From Myxococcota bacterium (GTDB lineage Bacteria; Myxococcota_A; UBA9160; UBA6930), in contig OZ245002.1 of assembly GCA_965223415.1 (NCBI GenBank), positions 3,744,001 through 3,808,000 on the forward strand: a stretch of DNA of 64,000 nt, written 5' to 3'. The translations under genes and the position numbers were made by a program. Each line of letters begins with the position of its first letter. Within the stretch, counting starts at the first letter, position 1. Of the stretch, positions 22,846-33,974 are shown piece by piece. The notes beneath the pieces were generated by a model. That model was not told where the DNA came from and ran no database searches. It saw nothing but the letters and a program-made list of their open reading frames with translations.

Positions 22846-23073
22846 TCAGCCGTCGCCCTCGCCGAAGGGCGAGCGCCCGGCCTCGATCGGGAGCACCTCC
22901 ACGTCGCCCGGCCTTCGGATCATGCGCAGGCCGAGTCGCGGGAAGTCGGCCACCTCCGGGTCCTTCGTCTCGCCGCCGCACACGGATCTCGGATTTCGGG
23001 TTCGCGGATGCGAGAACGATCCCTCCGCGGGACGCTCCGCCAGTCGAATCAGCGCCTTCGATGCGTGACTCAT
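22846..23073 (-). CDS. Hypothetical small protein (uncertain)
   Basis: ATG 10 bp after the reductase stop; fills the gap; no motif recognised. Confidence 0.3.
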   Translation of the reverse strand: MSHASKALIRLAERPAEGSFSHPRTRNPRSVCGGETKDPEVADFPRLGLRMIRRPGDVEVLPIEAGRSPFGEGDG

Positions 23074-23083
23074 GTCCGGGCGT

Positions 23084-24618
<1,535 letters not shown>

Positions 24619-24622
<4 letters not shown>

Positions 24623-25347
24623 GCTTCTTCCTCCTCGCCGGTCGCCTCGTTCAGGGCCCGGCGGGCGATGATGGTGACGTAGGTGGTGACGCCGAGGGTG
24701 GCCAGCACACCGACCACGTTCAGGACGAGCCGGCCCACCTCGGCGCTCTCGGCGCTGCCGGCGGCGGCCGCCGTCTCGGTGGCCAGGAATCCCAGGTACA
24801 CGTAGAGGAAGGTGCCCGGGATCATTCCGAAACCCGCGACGACGTAGTCGAGCAGGCTCACCCGGGTGAGTCCGAGGGCGTAGTTGCCCAGGCTGAACGG
24901 GAAGACGGGAGTCAGCCGCAGCAGGAAGACGATCTTGCGCCCCTGCTCGCCGATGGCCCGGTCGATGGCGCCGAAGCGGGGCATGCCCTCGATGCGCTTC
25001 TCCACCGCGTCCCGCGCGACATAGCGAGCGACCAGGAAGGCCAGCGTCGATCCCAGGAGGGCCGCGATGAAGACGTAGAGCACGCCTTCGAGCAGGCCGA
25101 AGATCCCGCCGGCAGCCAGGGTGAGCAGCGCCGCCGGAGCGAAGGCGACCACGGCCAGCGCGTAGCCCACGATGAACACGATCGGTCCCAGCGGACCGAG
25201 ACCGGCCACCCAATCGCGGAAGGGCCCGATGCTATCGCCGAGCAGGCGCCCCAGCAGGATCAGCGCAACGAGGGCCGCGACGGCCGCCAGGATCCTGCCG
25301 ATCGGCGGCCCGCTGGGGGCGGTCTCGGGGGCCGGGCTCTCACTCAT
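24619..25347 (-). CDS. TVP38/TMEM64 (DedA/VTT) membrane protein
   Basis: LLRLTPVFPF...NYALG and GMIPGT. Confidence 0.9.
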
Positions 25348-25466
25348 CGTGCGGCGCTCCATTCCGGGTCTGCGCGGGTCGATGCCGCGCCGCCGGGGAG
25401 GTTACGCCAGCACGCACTCCCGATCGGCCGCCGATCGGTTCGAGCGTACCGCCGCCGACGCGGCGT

Positions 25467-26426
25467 CTACGCCAATGCACCCCCGCAGCTGGAGCCCGCC
25501 CCGGCGGCGCAGCCGAAGCAATGGTCGCCCGTCGCCACCGGAAGACCGTCCAGCTCGCTCACGTCGTCGAGCTCGAAGAGCGAGCGCGGGCCCCGGAGCG
25601 GAAGGCCCAGGGCCTGGTTGAAGTCGCAGTCATAGAGACGGCCTTCCCAGGCGACCGAGAGCGTGCTGCGGCACATGAGGTGCGGAACCGTGTCCGGGTT
25701 GAAGTGATGGACGAGCAGGGATTGGTAGGCGTCCATCTCGCCGCGCCGCGCCAGGTCCCGGGCGAAGCGACGGATGGGCATGTTCGTGAGGGTGAGGAGG
25801 CGGTCGAAGCGAAGACCGAAGCGCTCGTCGAGCTCCCGTCGGTAGTCCGCCTCGAGCTCCGCCTGGTGCGGGGGAAGCGACGGGCCCTGGGGGTTGTAGA
25901 CCAGGTCCAGGCGCAGGCGGCCCTCGCCCGCCCCGTAGCCCAGAGCGTTCAAGCGCCGCAGTCCCTCGATGCTGCGCTCGAAGACGCACTTGCCGCGCTG
26001 ACCGTCCACGTTCTCGGCGGTGTAGCAGGGAAGGGAGGCGATCACGTCGGCGCCTTCCGCGGCCAGGAACCCGGCCGTGTCCTCCTGGCCCGGCTGGAAC
26101 AGGACGGTCAGGTTGCAGCGATCGATCACGCGGCGTCCCAGCCGTCGGGCGCCGCGCACCAGCTCCCGGAAGTGGGGGTTCAGCTCCGGGGCGCCGCCGG
26201 TGAGGTCCAGGGTGTCGAGCCGGGGGTCCGCCCCGAGGACGTCCAGCACCCGGCCGGCGAGGGCAGGCCCCAGGGCCTCGGTCCGCCTGGGCCCGGCCTC
26301 CACGTGGCAGTGGTGGCAGGCCAGGTCGCAGCGCAGGCCCACGTTCACCTGGAGGGTCGTCGCCGGCGCGCGCCGAAGGGCGGGCAGGCTCCGGCGGGTG
26401 AGCTCGGCGTCGAAGGAGACGGTCAT
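25467..26426 (-). CDS. arsS: ArsS-like radical SAM protein (DUF3641, Cys-rich C-terminus)
   Basis: CDLACHHCH, LDLTGGAPELN, LYDCDFNQ and HCFGCAAGAGSSCGG. Confidence 0.85.
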   Translation of the reverse strand: MTVSFDAELTRRSLPALRRAPATTLQVNVGLRCDLACHHCHVEAGPRRTEALGPALAGRVLDVLGADPRLDTLDLTGGAPELNPHFRELVRGARRLGRRVIDRCNLTVLFQPGQEDTAGFLAAEGADVIASLPCYTAENVDGQRGKCVFERSIEGLRRLNALGYGAGEGRLRLDLVYNPQGPSLPPHQAELEADYRRELDERFGLRFDRLLTLTNMPIRRFARDLARRGEMDAYQSLLVHHFNPDTVPHLMCRSTLSVAWEGRLYDCDFNQALGLPLRGPRSLFELDDVSELDGLPVATGDHCFGCAAGAGSSCGGALA

Positions 26427-26467
26427 CGTCACGGGGAGGATGCCGCTCCGGAGCGAAAGATTCCCCC

Positions 26468-26535
26468 TTGCCGGGTCGAAAAGTCCCAGGCTAGACTGAA
26501 CTGAACTTCATGTCAGTTGCTGAATCTGACGTCAG
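26468..26535 (+). promoter_or_regulatory. Sigma70-like promoter with two CTGA-N8-TCAG operators overlapping the TetR start
   Basis: TTGCCG-N18-TAGACT; AACTGA-N8-TCAGTT at 26499-26518; CTGA-N8-TCAG at 26520-26535. Confidence 0.65.
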
Positions 26536-27124
26536 GCCGGCCTCGGCCCCCGCCCGCAGCCGGGTGGCCACGCGCCGCCGTCTGGTCGAGGCCGCCACGG
26601 AACTGTTCGCCGCCCACGGGCTCCACGGGGTCACCAGCGCCCGCATTGCCCGGGCCGCCGGCGTGGCCACCGGGACCTTCTACCTCCATTTCAAGGACAA
26701 GCAGGAGCTCTTCCGGGAGATCGTCCTCACCGCCCTGGCCGAGCTGCGGGAGCGTCAGGACCGGGCGGCCGAAGGCAGCGCGCCCGGGAGCCGGGCCGAG
26801 CTCCGCGCCCGCCTGACCGAGCTGCTCGCCTTCGGCCAGGACCACGGCGACCTGATCCGGGTGGCCTTCGGCCGCGGTGCCGAGAGCACGACGATCGGCG
26901 ACGAGGTGATGGACCAGATCGTCCCCGGCCTGGAGCAGGCCTTCCTGGAGCGTCGCATCGCCGGGGAGCTCGAGCCCGAAGCCCACCCGGCCGTCGCCGC
27001 CCAGGCGGTTGCCGCCATGATGACCCGCGTGCTGGCCTGGTGGGTGGAAGACCCGACCCGCGCCAGCCGCGACGACGTGACCCGAACCCTGCTCGCCCTC
27101 CACCCGAGCCGCCCCCGACGTTAG
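26510..27124 (+). CDS. TetR/AcrR transcriptional regulator
   Basis: IARAAGVATGTFYLHFKDKQEL HTH. Confidence 0.93.
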   Translation: MSVAESDVRPASAPARSRVATRRRLVEAATELFAAHGLHGVTSARIARAAGVATGTFYLHFKDKQELFREIVLTALAELRERQDRAAEGSAPGSRAELRARLTELLAFGQDHGDLIRVAFGRGAESTTIGDEVMDQIVPGLEQAFLERRIAGELEPEAHPAVAAQAVAAMMTRVLAWWVEDPTRASRDDVTRTLLALHPSRPRR

Positions 27125-27149
27125 GCGCCCCACGGAGAGAACCGCCCCC

Positions 27150-28262
27150 ATGGACGACATCAGGTACGACCCCATCTACAACACCGTCGATCGCGACGAT
27201 TTCCTCTCGCTCATCGACGTCGATCGCTACGCGGATCGCACCGACGCCTTCGACTCCATCATCTCGGCGACCCGCGACCACTTCTGGGACCCCACCGATC
27301 CCCAGTACATCGACTTCGACGCCGAGCCTTTCGACATCGAGCAGGAGCTCTTGATGCCGCGGGACTTCGTGGTCGAGCTCAACTGCGCCGTCGCCGACCG
27401 GCTCGACGAGAAGCAGCAGATCCGGCTCGCCAACGAGAGCACCCGCTTCTCCATGTCCTCGATCCTCCACGGCGAGCAGGGGGCGCTCTCCCTCTCCGCG
27501 AGCCTGTGCCACATCCTGAGGGATCCGGGCGCCCAGGAGTACGCGTCGAACCAGGCCCGCGAGGAGGCCCGCCACGTCACGGGCTTCGCCAAGTACATCC
27601 AGAAGCGCTGGGGCACGCCGATCGCCTGCGGCCCGACCCTCGCCAGCCTGATGGACGAGATCGTCCACTCCGGCCAGGTCTACAAGAAGCTGATCGGCAT
27701 GCAGATGCTGATCGAGGGCCTCGCGATGGGCGCCTTCGCCACCTTCCAGGCCAAGACGAACGATCCGACCCTTCGCAGGCTGATCCAGCTGACGATGAGC
27801 GACGAGGCCTTCCACCACCGCTTCGGGAAGATCTGGGCCGACCGGACCGTGCCCAAGCTGACGGAGGCGGAGCACGAGCAGGTCGAGGACTGGGCGGCCA
27901 AGTGCTTCCAGACGCTGCTGTTCAACCTCGTCAACTCGGAGCAGAAGCAGGCCATCTATCCGCAGTTCGGACTCGATTGGCAGTGGGTGCGCAGCGCCGT
28001 GCTCGAGGCCTTCACCGACGACGACCGGCGCAAGTCGATGACCGAGAGCACCAACATCTTCCGCGTCCTGATCAAGACCCTCCTCAAGGCCGGAATCATC
28101 ACCGACCGCACCAAGGATGTGTACGCCGCCTGGGTCGACATGAACGAGCTCAAGCGGGAGGACGACGAGGTCGCCGGGATCGAGGTTGCGGAGGCGGCGG
28201 TGGAGGAGCTTCGGGAGATCAACCGCAACCGGCGGGTGATGAGCAAGGCTCTGAGAGGCTAG
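27150..28262 (+). CDS. Ferritin-like di-iron carboxylate protein (AurF/desaturase-like)
   Basis: HGEQGAL, EEARH, IEG and DEAFH ligands. Confidence 0.85.
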   Translation: MDDIRYDPIYNTVDRDDFLSLIDVDRYADRTDAFDSIISATRDHFWDPTDPQYIDFDAEPFDIEQELLMPRDFVVELNCAVADRLDEKQQIRLANESTRFSMSSILHGEQGALSLSASLCHILRDPGAQEYASNQAREEARHVTGFAKYIQKRWGTPIACGPTLASLMDEIVHSGQVYKKLIGMQMLIEGLAMGAFATFQAKTNDPTLRRLIQLTMSDEAFHHRFGKIWADRTVPKLTEAEHEQVEDWAAKCFQTLLFNLVNSEQKQAIYPQFGLDWQWVRSAVLEAFTDDDRRKSMTESTNIFRVLIKTLLKAGIITDRTKDVYAAWVDMNELKREDDEVAGIEVAEAAVEELREINRNRRVMSKALRG

Positions 28263-28453
28263 GGCGCCGCTTCGCTTCTCGTGGCGGATCGCGGGGCGGC
28301 GGGGGGCCGGCGCTCCATGGCTCGCTGTGCCCTTCGAACGCGCGCGCACGGAGGTTGCCGAGCGCGCGGGCCCGAGGCGCGAACTCGAAGGGCTTGCTGC
28401 GCTTGACTTCCGCGCCGGCCCCCCGCCGCCCCGCGATCGCCGTAGGCGATCGC
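28260..28453. repeat. Rod-like structured repeat, copy 2
   Basis: Core 28312-28413; perfect 27-bp outer stem 28287-28313/28412-28438; extra hairpin GCGATCGCC-GTA-GGCGATCGC. Confidence 0.85.
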
Positions 28454-28604
28454 GAGACTCCGTCGACCTGGAGGGAGTAGGAGTGGAGGCGTGCGGGCAT
28501 CGCCTTCGGCTCGCCGCCCCGAGCCGGCTCCACGGTTCACTACCCGAGCGGGAGGCCGAGGGTTCCCGTGCCGGTGGGATCGGCGTCCGTCCGGGACGTG
28601 TCGG

Positions 28605-28793
28605 CGGGCGGTGGGGGTGGGGGCGGGACGGGCTCCATGGCTCGCTGCGCCCTTCGAACGCGCGCGCACGGATTGAGAACGCCGCGGGCCGCCCTGGGCG
28701 CGTACTCGAAGGCCTTGCTGCGCGTGACTTCCGCCCGTCCAGCCCCCACCCCCACCGCTCGGCAACACCCCCACAAGAGGAGCGAAGCGCCGC
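28605..28793. repeat. Rod-like structured repeat, copy 3
   Basis: Core 28632-28734; 25/26-bp outer stem; ends GAGCGAAGCGCC. Confidence 0.85.
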
Positions 28794-28860
28794 CAGCCCC
28801 GGGCTGAAATTGGCAGGGGCACCGCTACAATCCCGCCCCCTTCCTGAGGAGATCCCCCAA

Positions 28861-29769
28861 ATGTCCGACGAGATCCGCTACGACGGCCGCGTGGCCGTCA
28901 TCACCGGCGCAGGCGGCGGCCTGGGCAAGACCTACGCCCTCGAGCTGGCGCGCCGCGGCGCCCAGGTGGTCGTGAACGACCTCGGCGGCTCTGCCGACGG
29001 GACCGGCGGCGGCAGCAGCATGGCCGACGAGACGGTCAAGCAGATCACCGAGGCCGGCGGCACGGCCGTGGCGAACTACGATTCGGTAGCCACGCCCGAA
29101 GGCGGCCAGGCGATCATCCAGACCGCCCTCGACAACTTCGGCAAGTGCGACATCGTGATCAACAACGCGGGCATCCTGCGCGACGCCTCCTTCGCGAAGC
29201 TCGAGCCCCAGAACCTCGAGATCGTACTGGACGTCCACCTGCGCGGCGCGTTCTACGTGAGCCAGCCGGCCTTCCGGGCGATGAAGGAGAACGGCTACGG
29301 CCGCTTCCTCTTCACCGCCTCCGCCGCCGGCATCTTCGGCAACTTCGGCCAGACCAACTACGGGGCGGCCAAGATGGGCCTGGTCGGGCTCAGCAACGTG
29401 CTGGCCATCGAGGGCGCGAAGTACGACATCAAGTCGAACGTGATCGCGCCGATCGCCAACACGCGCCTCACCAAGGAGCTACTCGGCCCGATCGCCGACA
29501 AGCTCGACCCGGAGTGCGTCACGCCGCTCAGCTGCTTCCTCGTTTCCGAGGCCTGCCAGCTGACCCATGAGGTCTTCTCGGTGGGCGGCGGCCGCTTCGC
29601 GCGCATCTTCGTCGGGCTCACGCCCGGCTGGAGCGCCGGCCCGGACGCCAAGCCCTCCATCGAGGAGGTGGCTGCCAACATGGACCAGATCCGCAACACC
29701 GACGACTACATCATCCCGACGAGCATCGCGGACGAGATGAAGGCCGTCGCCGAGATGCTGAAGGGCTAG
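28861..29769 (+). CDS. SDR, MFE-2/HSD17B4-type 3-hydroxyacyl-CoA dehydrogenase
   Basis: TGAGGGLG, VVVNDLGG, NNAGILRD and GNFGQTNYGAAK; TACAAT -10 and GAGGAG upstream. Confidence 0.92.
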   Translation: MSDEIRYDGRVAVITGAGGGLGKTYALELARRGAQVVVNDLGGSADGTGGGSSMADETVKQITEAGGTAVANYDSVATPEGGQAIIQTALDNFGKCDIVINNAGILRDASFAKLEPQNLEIVLDVHLRGAFYVSQPAFRAMKENGYGRFLFTASAAGIFGNFGQTNYGAAKMGLVGLSNVLAIEGAKYDIKSNVIAPIANTRLTKELLGPIADKLDPECVTPLSCFLVSEACQLTHEVFSVGGGRFARIFVGLTPGWSAGPDAKPSIEEVAANMDQIRNTDDYIIPTSIADEMKAVAEMLKG

Positions 29770-29773
29770 CGCG

Positions 29774-30628
29774 ATGCCGATCGATCCCGAGAAGGCCCTC
29801 GCGGCCAGCTTCGAGCCGACGACGTCCAGCTACGTGCAGGACGACGTCATCCTCTACCACCTCGGCATCGGCGCTGGTGCGCCGAAGCAGACCGACGCGA
29901 ACGAGCTCGAGTACTGCTACGAGAAGAACCTGAAGGTGCTGCCGAGCTTCGGCGTGATTCCGGTGTTCAGCGCGATGGGCGGTGCCATGAACGTGCCCGG
30001 CCTCGAGTTCAACCCGGCCATGCTGCTGCACGGCGAGCAGGACATCGAGATCCACCGCCCGCTCCCGGCGGCTGCGGAGCTCGAGAACCAGTCCTCGATC
30101 GCGGGGATCTACGACAAGGGCAAGGCCGCCCTGCTGGTCATGCAGGTGGACACGAAGGAGAAGGGCGGCGAGCCGCTGTTCACCAACCGCTTCTCCCTCT
30201 TCCTGCGCGGCGAGGGCGGCTTCGGCGGCGAGGCGGGCCCGAAGGCGGGCAACGAGGCGCCGGAGCGGGAGCCGGACCACGTGGTGGAGACCCCGACCCT
30301 GCCCCAGCAGGCGCTCCTGTATCGCCTGTGTGGCGACAAGAACCCGCTCCACGCGGATCCGGAGTTCGCCAAGATGGGCGGCTTCGACGTGCCGATCCTT
30401 CACGGCCTCTGCTCCTTCGGGATCAACTGCAAGGCTGCGGTGGACCACGCCCTCGGCGGCGACGTCGCCCCGGTGGCGCGCTACCAGGCGCGCTTCGCCG
30501 GCGTCTTCTTCCCGGGGGAGACCATGGTCACCTCCCTGTGGACGGAGGGGGACAAGGTCTTCATCAACGCGCAGTCGAAGGAGCGCGGCGCCCCGGTCAT
30601 CACGAACGCCGCCCTGACGCTGCGCTGA
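29774..30628 (+). CDS. MaoC-family enoyl-CoA hydratase 2 (double hot-dog)
   Basis: YRLCGDKNPLHADP and PILHGLC. Confidence 0.92.
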   Translation: MPIDPEKALAASFEPTTSSYVQDDVILYHLGIGAGAPKQTDANELEYCYEKNLKVLPSFGVIPVFSAMGGAMNVPGLEFNPAMLLHGEQDIEIHRPLPAAAELENQSSIAGIYDKGKAALLVMQVDTKEKGGEPLFTNRFSLFLRGEGGFGGEAGPKAGNEAPEREPDHVVETPTLPQQALLYRLCGDKNPLHADPEFAKMGGFDVPILHGLCSFGINCKAAVDHALGGDVAPVARYQARFAGVFFPGETMVTSLWTEGDKVFINAQSKERGAPVITNAALTLR

Positions 30629-30668
30629 TCCCTGGCATCCAGGGGCGAGGCGCGCGAGCCTCCCGGCC

Positions 30669-32525
30669 ATGCGCCTCGCCCTCGTCGCCCTGCTCCTGCT
30701 CACGGCCTGCGCGCGGGTCGAAGATCCGCTCCTGGCCGAGGAGTGGGATCCCGCTCGCGCCGCGCCGCCGCCCGAGAAGCCCTTCGTCCCCGCCAGCCGG
30801 GACCGCAACGTCTTCTTCGGCGATCTCCACATCCACACCGCCTTCTCCACCGATGCCTTCACGATGGGCGTGCGAGCGCTGCCGGAAGACGCCTACGTCT
30901 TCGCGCGGGGCGGCGAGATCGGGCACGCCCTCGGCTATCCGATCCGGCTTTCCAGGCCGCTCGACTTCGCGGCCGTCACCGACCACTCCGAGTACATGGG
31001 AATGGTCCGGGCCGACCCGCCGGACGTGCCGTTGGTGCAGCGCTCGATCCGGGAGCGCTTTCTCGAAGATGGCCGGCTGAGCCTCACTCTCGCCTGGTTC
31101 CAGACCGTCACGCGGATGATCGACGAGGGGTTCAGCCCCGACGACCCCCGCGGAAACCTCGCGTCCCGAGACGCCTGGCAGGAGGTCATCGCCGCCGCGA
31201 AACGTAACGATCGTCCCGGCATCTTCACCACGTTCGTGGCCTACGAGTGGAGCAAGGGGACCGATGGTGGGATGCTGCATCGCAACGTGTTCTACCGCGG
31301 AGACGAGGTGCCCGAGCTTCCCGTGAGCTCCATCGTCGCCCCGGAACCGGAGGATCTCTGGGCGGCGCTCGAGGAGCAACGGACCGCCGGCATGGACGTG
31401 ATGGCGATCCCTCACAACGGGAACCTCAGCGACGGTCGCATGTACATGAAGAAGACCCTGGCTGGCGAACCGATGACACGCGAGCACGGGGAGCGGCGGC
31501 TGCGCAACGAGCCGGTCAGCGAGATCCTCCAGGTGAAGGGCTCCTCGGAAACCCATCCGCTGCTCTCCCCCACCGACGAGTTCGCCGGCTTCGAGATCCA
31601 TGGGGACATCGGCACCGGGGGCGAGGGCGAGACCAAGGGCAGCTATGCGCGCGACGCGCTGCGCACCGGCCTCGAGATGGCGCACGCAGAGGGCTTCAAT
31701 CCCTACCGCTTCGGCGTGATCGGCAGCAGCGACGGTCACAACGCAAGCTCGCCGGTAGAGGAGGGCGCCCATCACGGCAAGCTGCCGATCCTCGACGGCA
31801 GCCCGGCCATCCGTCTCGGCCGCGCCTACCTGTTGCCCAGGAGCCTGAACCGCGGCGGCCAGTGGAACGGCGGCGGTCTCGCGGCCGTGTGGGCCGAGCA
31901 GAACACGCGGGATTCGCTGTTCGACGCCATGGGCCGGCGCGAGACGTACGCCACCTCCGGTACGCGCATCGTCGTGCGTTTCTTCGGCGGCTGGAACCTG
32001 CCCGCAGAACTGATGGAGCGCGCCGACTTCGTGGCGGCGGTGGACACGGCAGGGGTGCCGATGGGTGGCGCGCTGCGCGCGCGCCCGGGCGGCGCGGCGC
32101 CCGGGTTCGTGGTCTGGGCGCTCATGGATCCGGAGGGCGCCCACCTCGACCGCATCCAGATCATCAAGGGCTGGGTGGATGAGGACGGTGTGAGCCACGA
32201 GCGCATCTTCGACGTCGCCGCGTCGGGTGGGCGCGTGCCGGATCCCGCGAGCGGCCGGATGGCCGCGGTCGGCAGCACCGTCGACGTGGCCAACGCCACC
32301 TGGACCAACACGATCGGCGCGCCGGAGCTGCGTGCCCACTGGCGCGATCCGGATTTCGACCCCGGCGCCGAGGCGTTCTACTACGCCCGCGTGCTTGAGA
32401 TCCCGACGCCGCGCTGGTCCACCTACGACGCCGTGCGCCTGGGCGTCCCGGCGCCGGAGCCCACCAGCCTCCAGGAGCGCGCGATCACCTCCGCGATCTG
32501 GTACGACCCCGTTCCCCGACCCTAG
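30669..32525 (+). CDS. DUF3604 (PHP-fold) lipoprotein
   Basis: LTAC lipobox; FFGDLHIHT, AVTDHSE, HRNV and QERAITSAIWY. Confidence 0.88.
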   Translation: MRLALVALLLLTACARVEDPLLAEEWDPARAAPPPEKPFVPASRDRNVFFGDLHIHTAFSTDAFTMGVRALPEDAYVFARGGEIGHALGYPIRLSRPLDFAAVTDHSEYMGMVRADPPDVPLVQRSIRERFLEDGRLSLTLAWFQTVTRMIDEGFSPDDPRGNLASRDAWQEVIAAAKRNDRPGIFTTFVAYEWSKGTDGGMLHRNVFYRGDEVPELPVSSIVAPEPEDLWAALEEQRTAGMDVMAIPHNGNLSDGRMYMKKTLAGEPMTREHGERRLRNEPVSEILQVKGSSETHPLLSPTDEFAGFEIHGDIGTGGEGETKGSYARDALRTGLEMAHAEGFNPYRFGVIGSSDGHNASSPVEEGAHHGKLPILDGSPAIRLGRAYLLPRSLNRGGQWNGGGLAAVWAEQNTRDSLFDAMGRRETYATSGTRIVVRFFGGWNLPAELMERADFVAAVDTAGVPMGGALRARPGGAAPGFVVWALMDPEGAHLDRIQIIKGWVDEDGVSHERIFDVAASGGRVPDPASGRMAAVGSTVDVANATWTNTIGAPELRAHWRDPDFDPGAEAFYYARVLEIPTPRWSTYDAVRLGVPAPEPTSLQERAITSAIWYDPVPRP

Positions 32526-32535
32526 GAAGGAATCC

Positions 32536-33885
32536 ATGTCCGTTTCGGACCACGTCAACCTCGAGGAGTTCCTGGCCGGCGTCGAGCGCCGCAACCCGGG
32601 GCAGTCGGAGTTCCTGCAGGCGGTCCAAGAGGTGGCCCAGGACGTCTTCGACTTCATCGCCGACAAGGAGCAGTACCACGAGTACCAGATCCTGCGGCGT
32701 ATCGCGGAGCCCGACCGAGTGGTGAGCTTCCGCGTCTGCTGGGAAGACGATCAAGGCAACATCCGCGTCCAGCGCGGCTGGCGCGTGCAGAACAACAACG
32801 CGATCGGTCCCTACAAGGGAGGCCTGCGCTTCCACCCGAGCGTGAACGAGAGCATCCTCAAGTTCCTGGCCTTCGAACAGACCTTCAAGAACAGCCTCAC
32901 CGGCCTTCCCATGGGCGGGGCCAAGGGCGGCTCGAACTTCAATCCTCGCGGCAAGAGCGACCACGAGATCATGCGCTTCTGCCAGTCCTTCATGACCGAG
33001 CTCTTCCACCACGTGGGCGACGACATCGACGTGCCCGCCGGCGACATCGGCGTGGGCGCCCGGGAGATCGGCTACCTCTTCGGCCAACACAAGCGGCTCA
33101 CGCGGCGCTTCACCGGCGTCCTCACCGGCAAGGGCCTCGAGTACGGCGGCAGCCTGATCCGCACCGAGGCGACCGGCTATGGCGCGGTCTACTTCATGCA
33201 GGACATGCTGGCGCGGGTGGGAGAGGACATCGAGGGACGTACCTGCGCCGTGTCGGGCTCGGGCAACGTGGCCCTTCACGCAGCGGAGAAGGCGCTCCAT
33301 CTGGGGGGCAAGGTCGTGACGCTTTCGGATTCCTCGGGCTTCGTCCACGATCCGGAAGGTCTCACGGAAGAGAAGCTCGCGTGGACGAAGGAGCTGAAGG
33401 GCGAGAGACGCGGGCGCATCTCCGAGTACGCCGAGGCGTTCGGCGCCACCTTCTACGAGGCTCAGCGCCCGTGGACCGTGCCGGTCGACCTGGCGCTCCC
33501 CTGCGCCACCCAGAACGAGCTCACCGGGTACGATGCTCGCACGCTCCTCTCGAATGGCTGCCGGGCGGTAGCCGAAGGCGCGAACATGCCCACCGATCTC
33601 GAGGGCGTGAACGTCTTCAAGGAGGCCGGGACCCTCTACGGCCCCGGCAAGGCGGCGAACGCCGGCGGGGTGGCGGTCTCCGGCCTCGAGATGAGCCAGA
33701 ACAGCGCCAAGATCTCCTGGAAGGAGGACGAGCTGCAGGAGCTCCTGCGCAACATCATGCAGGGCATCCACGACCAGTGCGTCGAGTACGGCGCGAACGG
33801 CGACCGCGTCGACTACGTCCGCGGCGCCAACATCGCCGGCTTCGTCAAGGTCGCCGACGCAATGCTCGCCTACGGGGTGGTCTGA
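32536..33885 (+). CDS. gdhA: NADP-specific glutamate dehydrogenase
   Basis: GPYKGGLRFH, LPMGGAKGG, VPAGDIG, RTEATGYG and KAANAGGV. Confidence 0.96.
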   Translation: MSVSDHVNLEEFLAGVERRNPGQSEFLQAVQEVAQDVFDFIADKEQYHEYQILRRIAEPDRVVSFRVCWEDDQGNIRVQRGWRVQNNNAIGPYKGGLRFHPSVNESILKFLAFEQTFKNSLTGLPMGGAKGGSNFNPRGKSDHEIMRFCQSFMTELFHHVGDDIDVPAGDIGVGAREIGYLFGQHKRLTRRFTGVLTGKGLEYGGSLIRTEATGYGAVYFMQDMLARVGEDIEGRTCAVSGSGNVALHAAEKALHLGGKVVTLSDSSGFVHDPEGLTEEKLAWTKELKGERRGRISEYAEAFGATFYEAQRPWTVPVDLALPCATQNELTGYDARTLLSNGCRAVAEGANMPTDLEGVNVFKEAGTLYGPGKAANAGGVAVSGLEMSQNSAKISWKEDELQELLRNIMQGIHDQCVEYGANGDRVDYVRGANIAGFVKVADAMLAYGVV

Positions 33886-33960
33886 GACAAAGGGACGTTC
33901 CTTTCTGTCTCACAGCCACGGCGAACGAGTGAGACAACAAGGAACGTCCCCTTGTCTCAC
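33883..33960. repeat. Inverted doublet of REP-like hairpins (GGGACGTTCCTT family)
   Basis: TGAGACAaaGGGACGTTCCTTtcTGTCTCA at 33883-33912 and an inverted copy at 33929-33960. Confidence 0.8.
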
Positions 33961-33974
33961 GCTACGTTGTCTCG

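Noticed and set aside
25467..25500. Selenocysteine in the ArsS C-terminus
   Set aside because: The GSSCGG codon is TGC (Cys), and there is no in-frame TGA.
33883..33960. Mini CRISPR array
   Set aside because: The units are inverted rather than direct, there are only two, there are no regular spacers and no cas genes.
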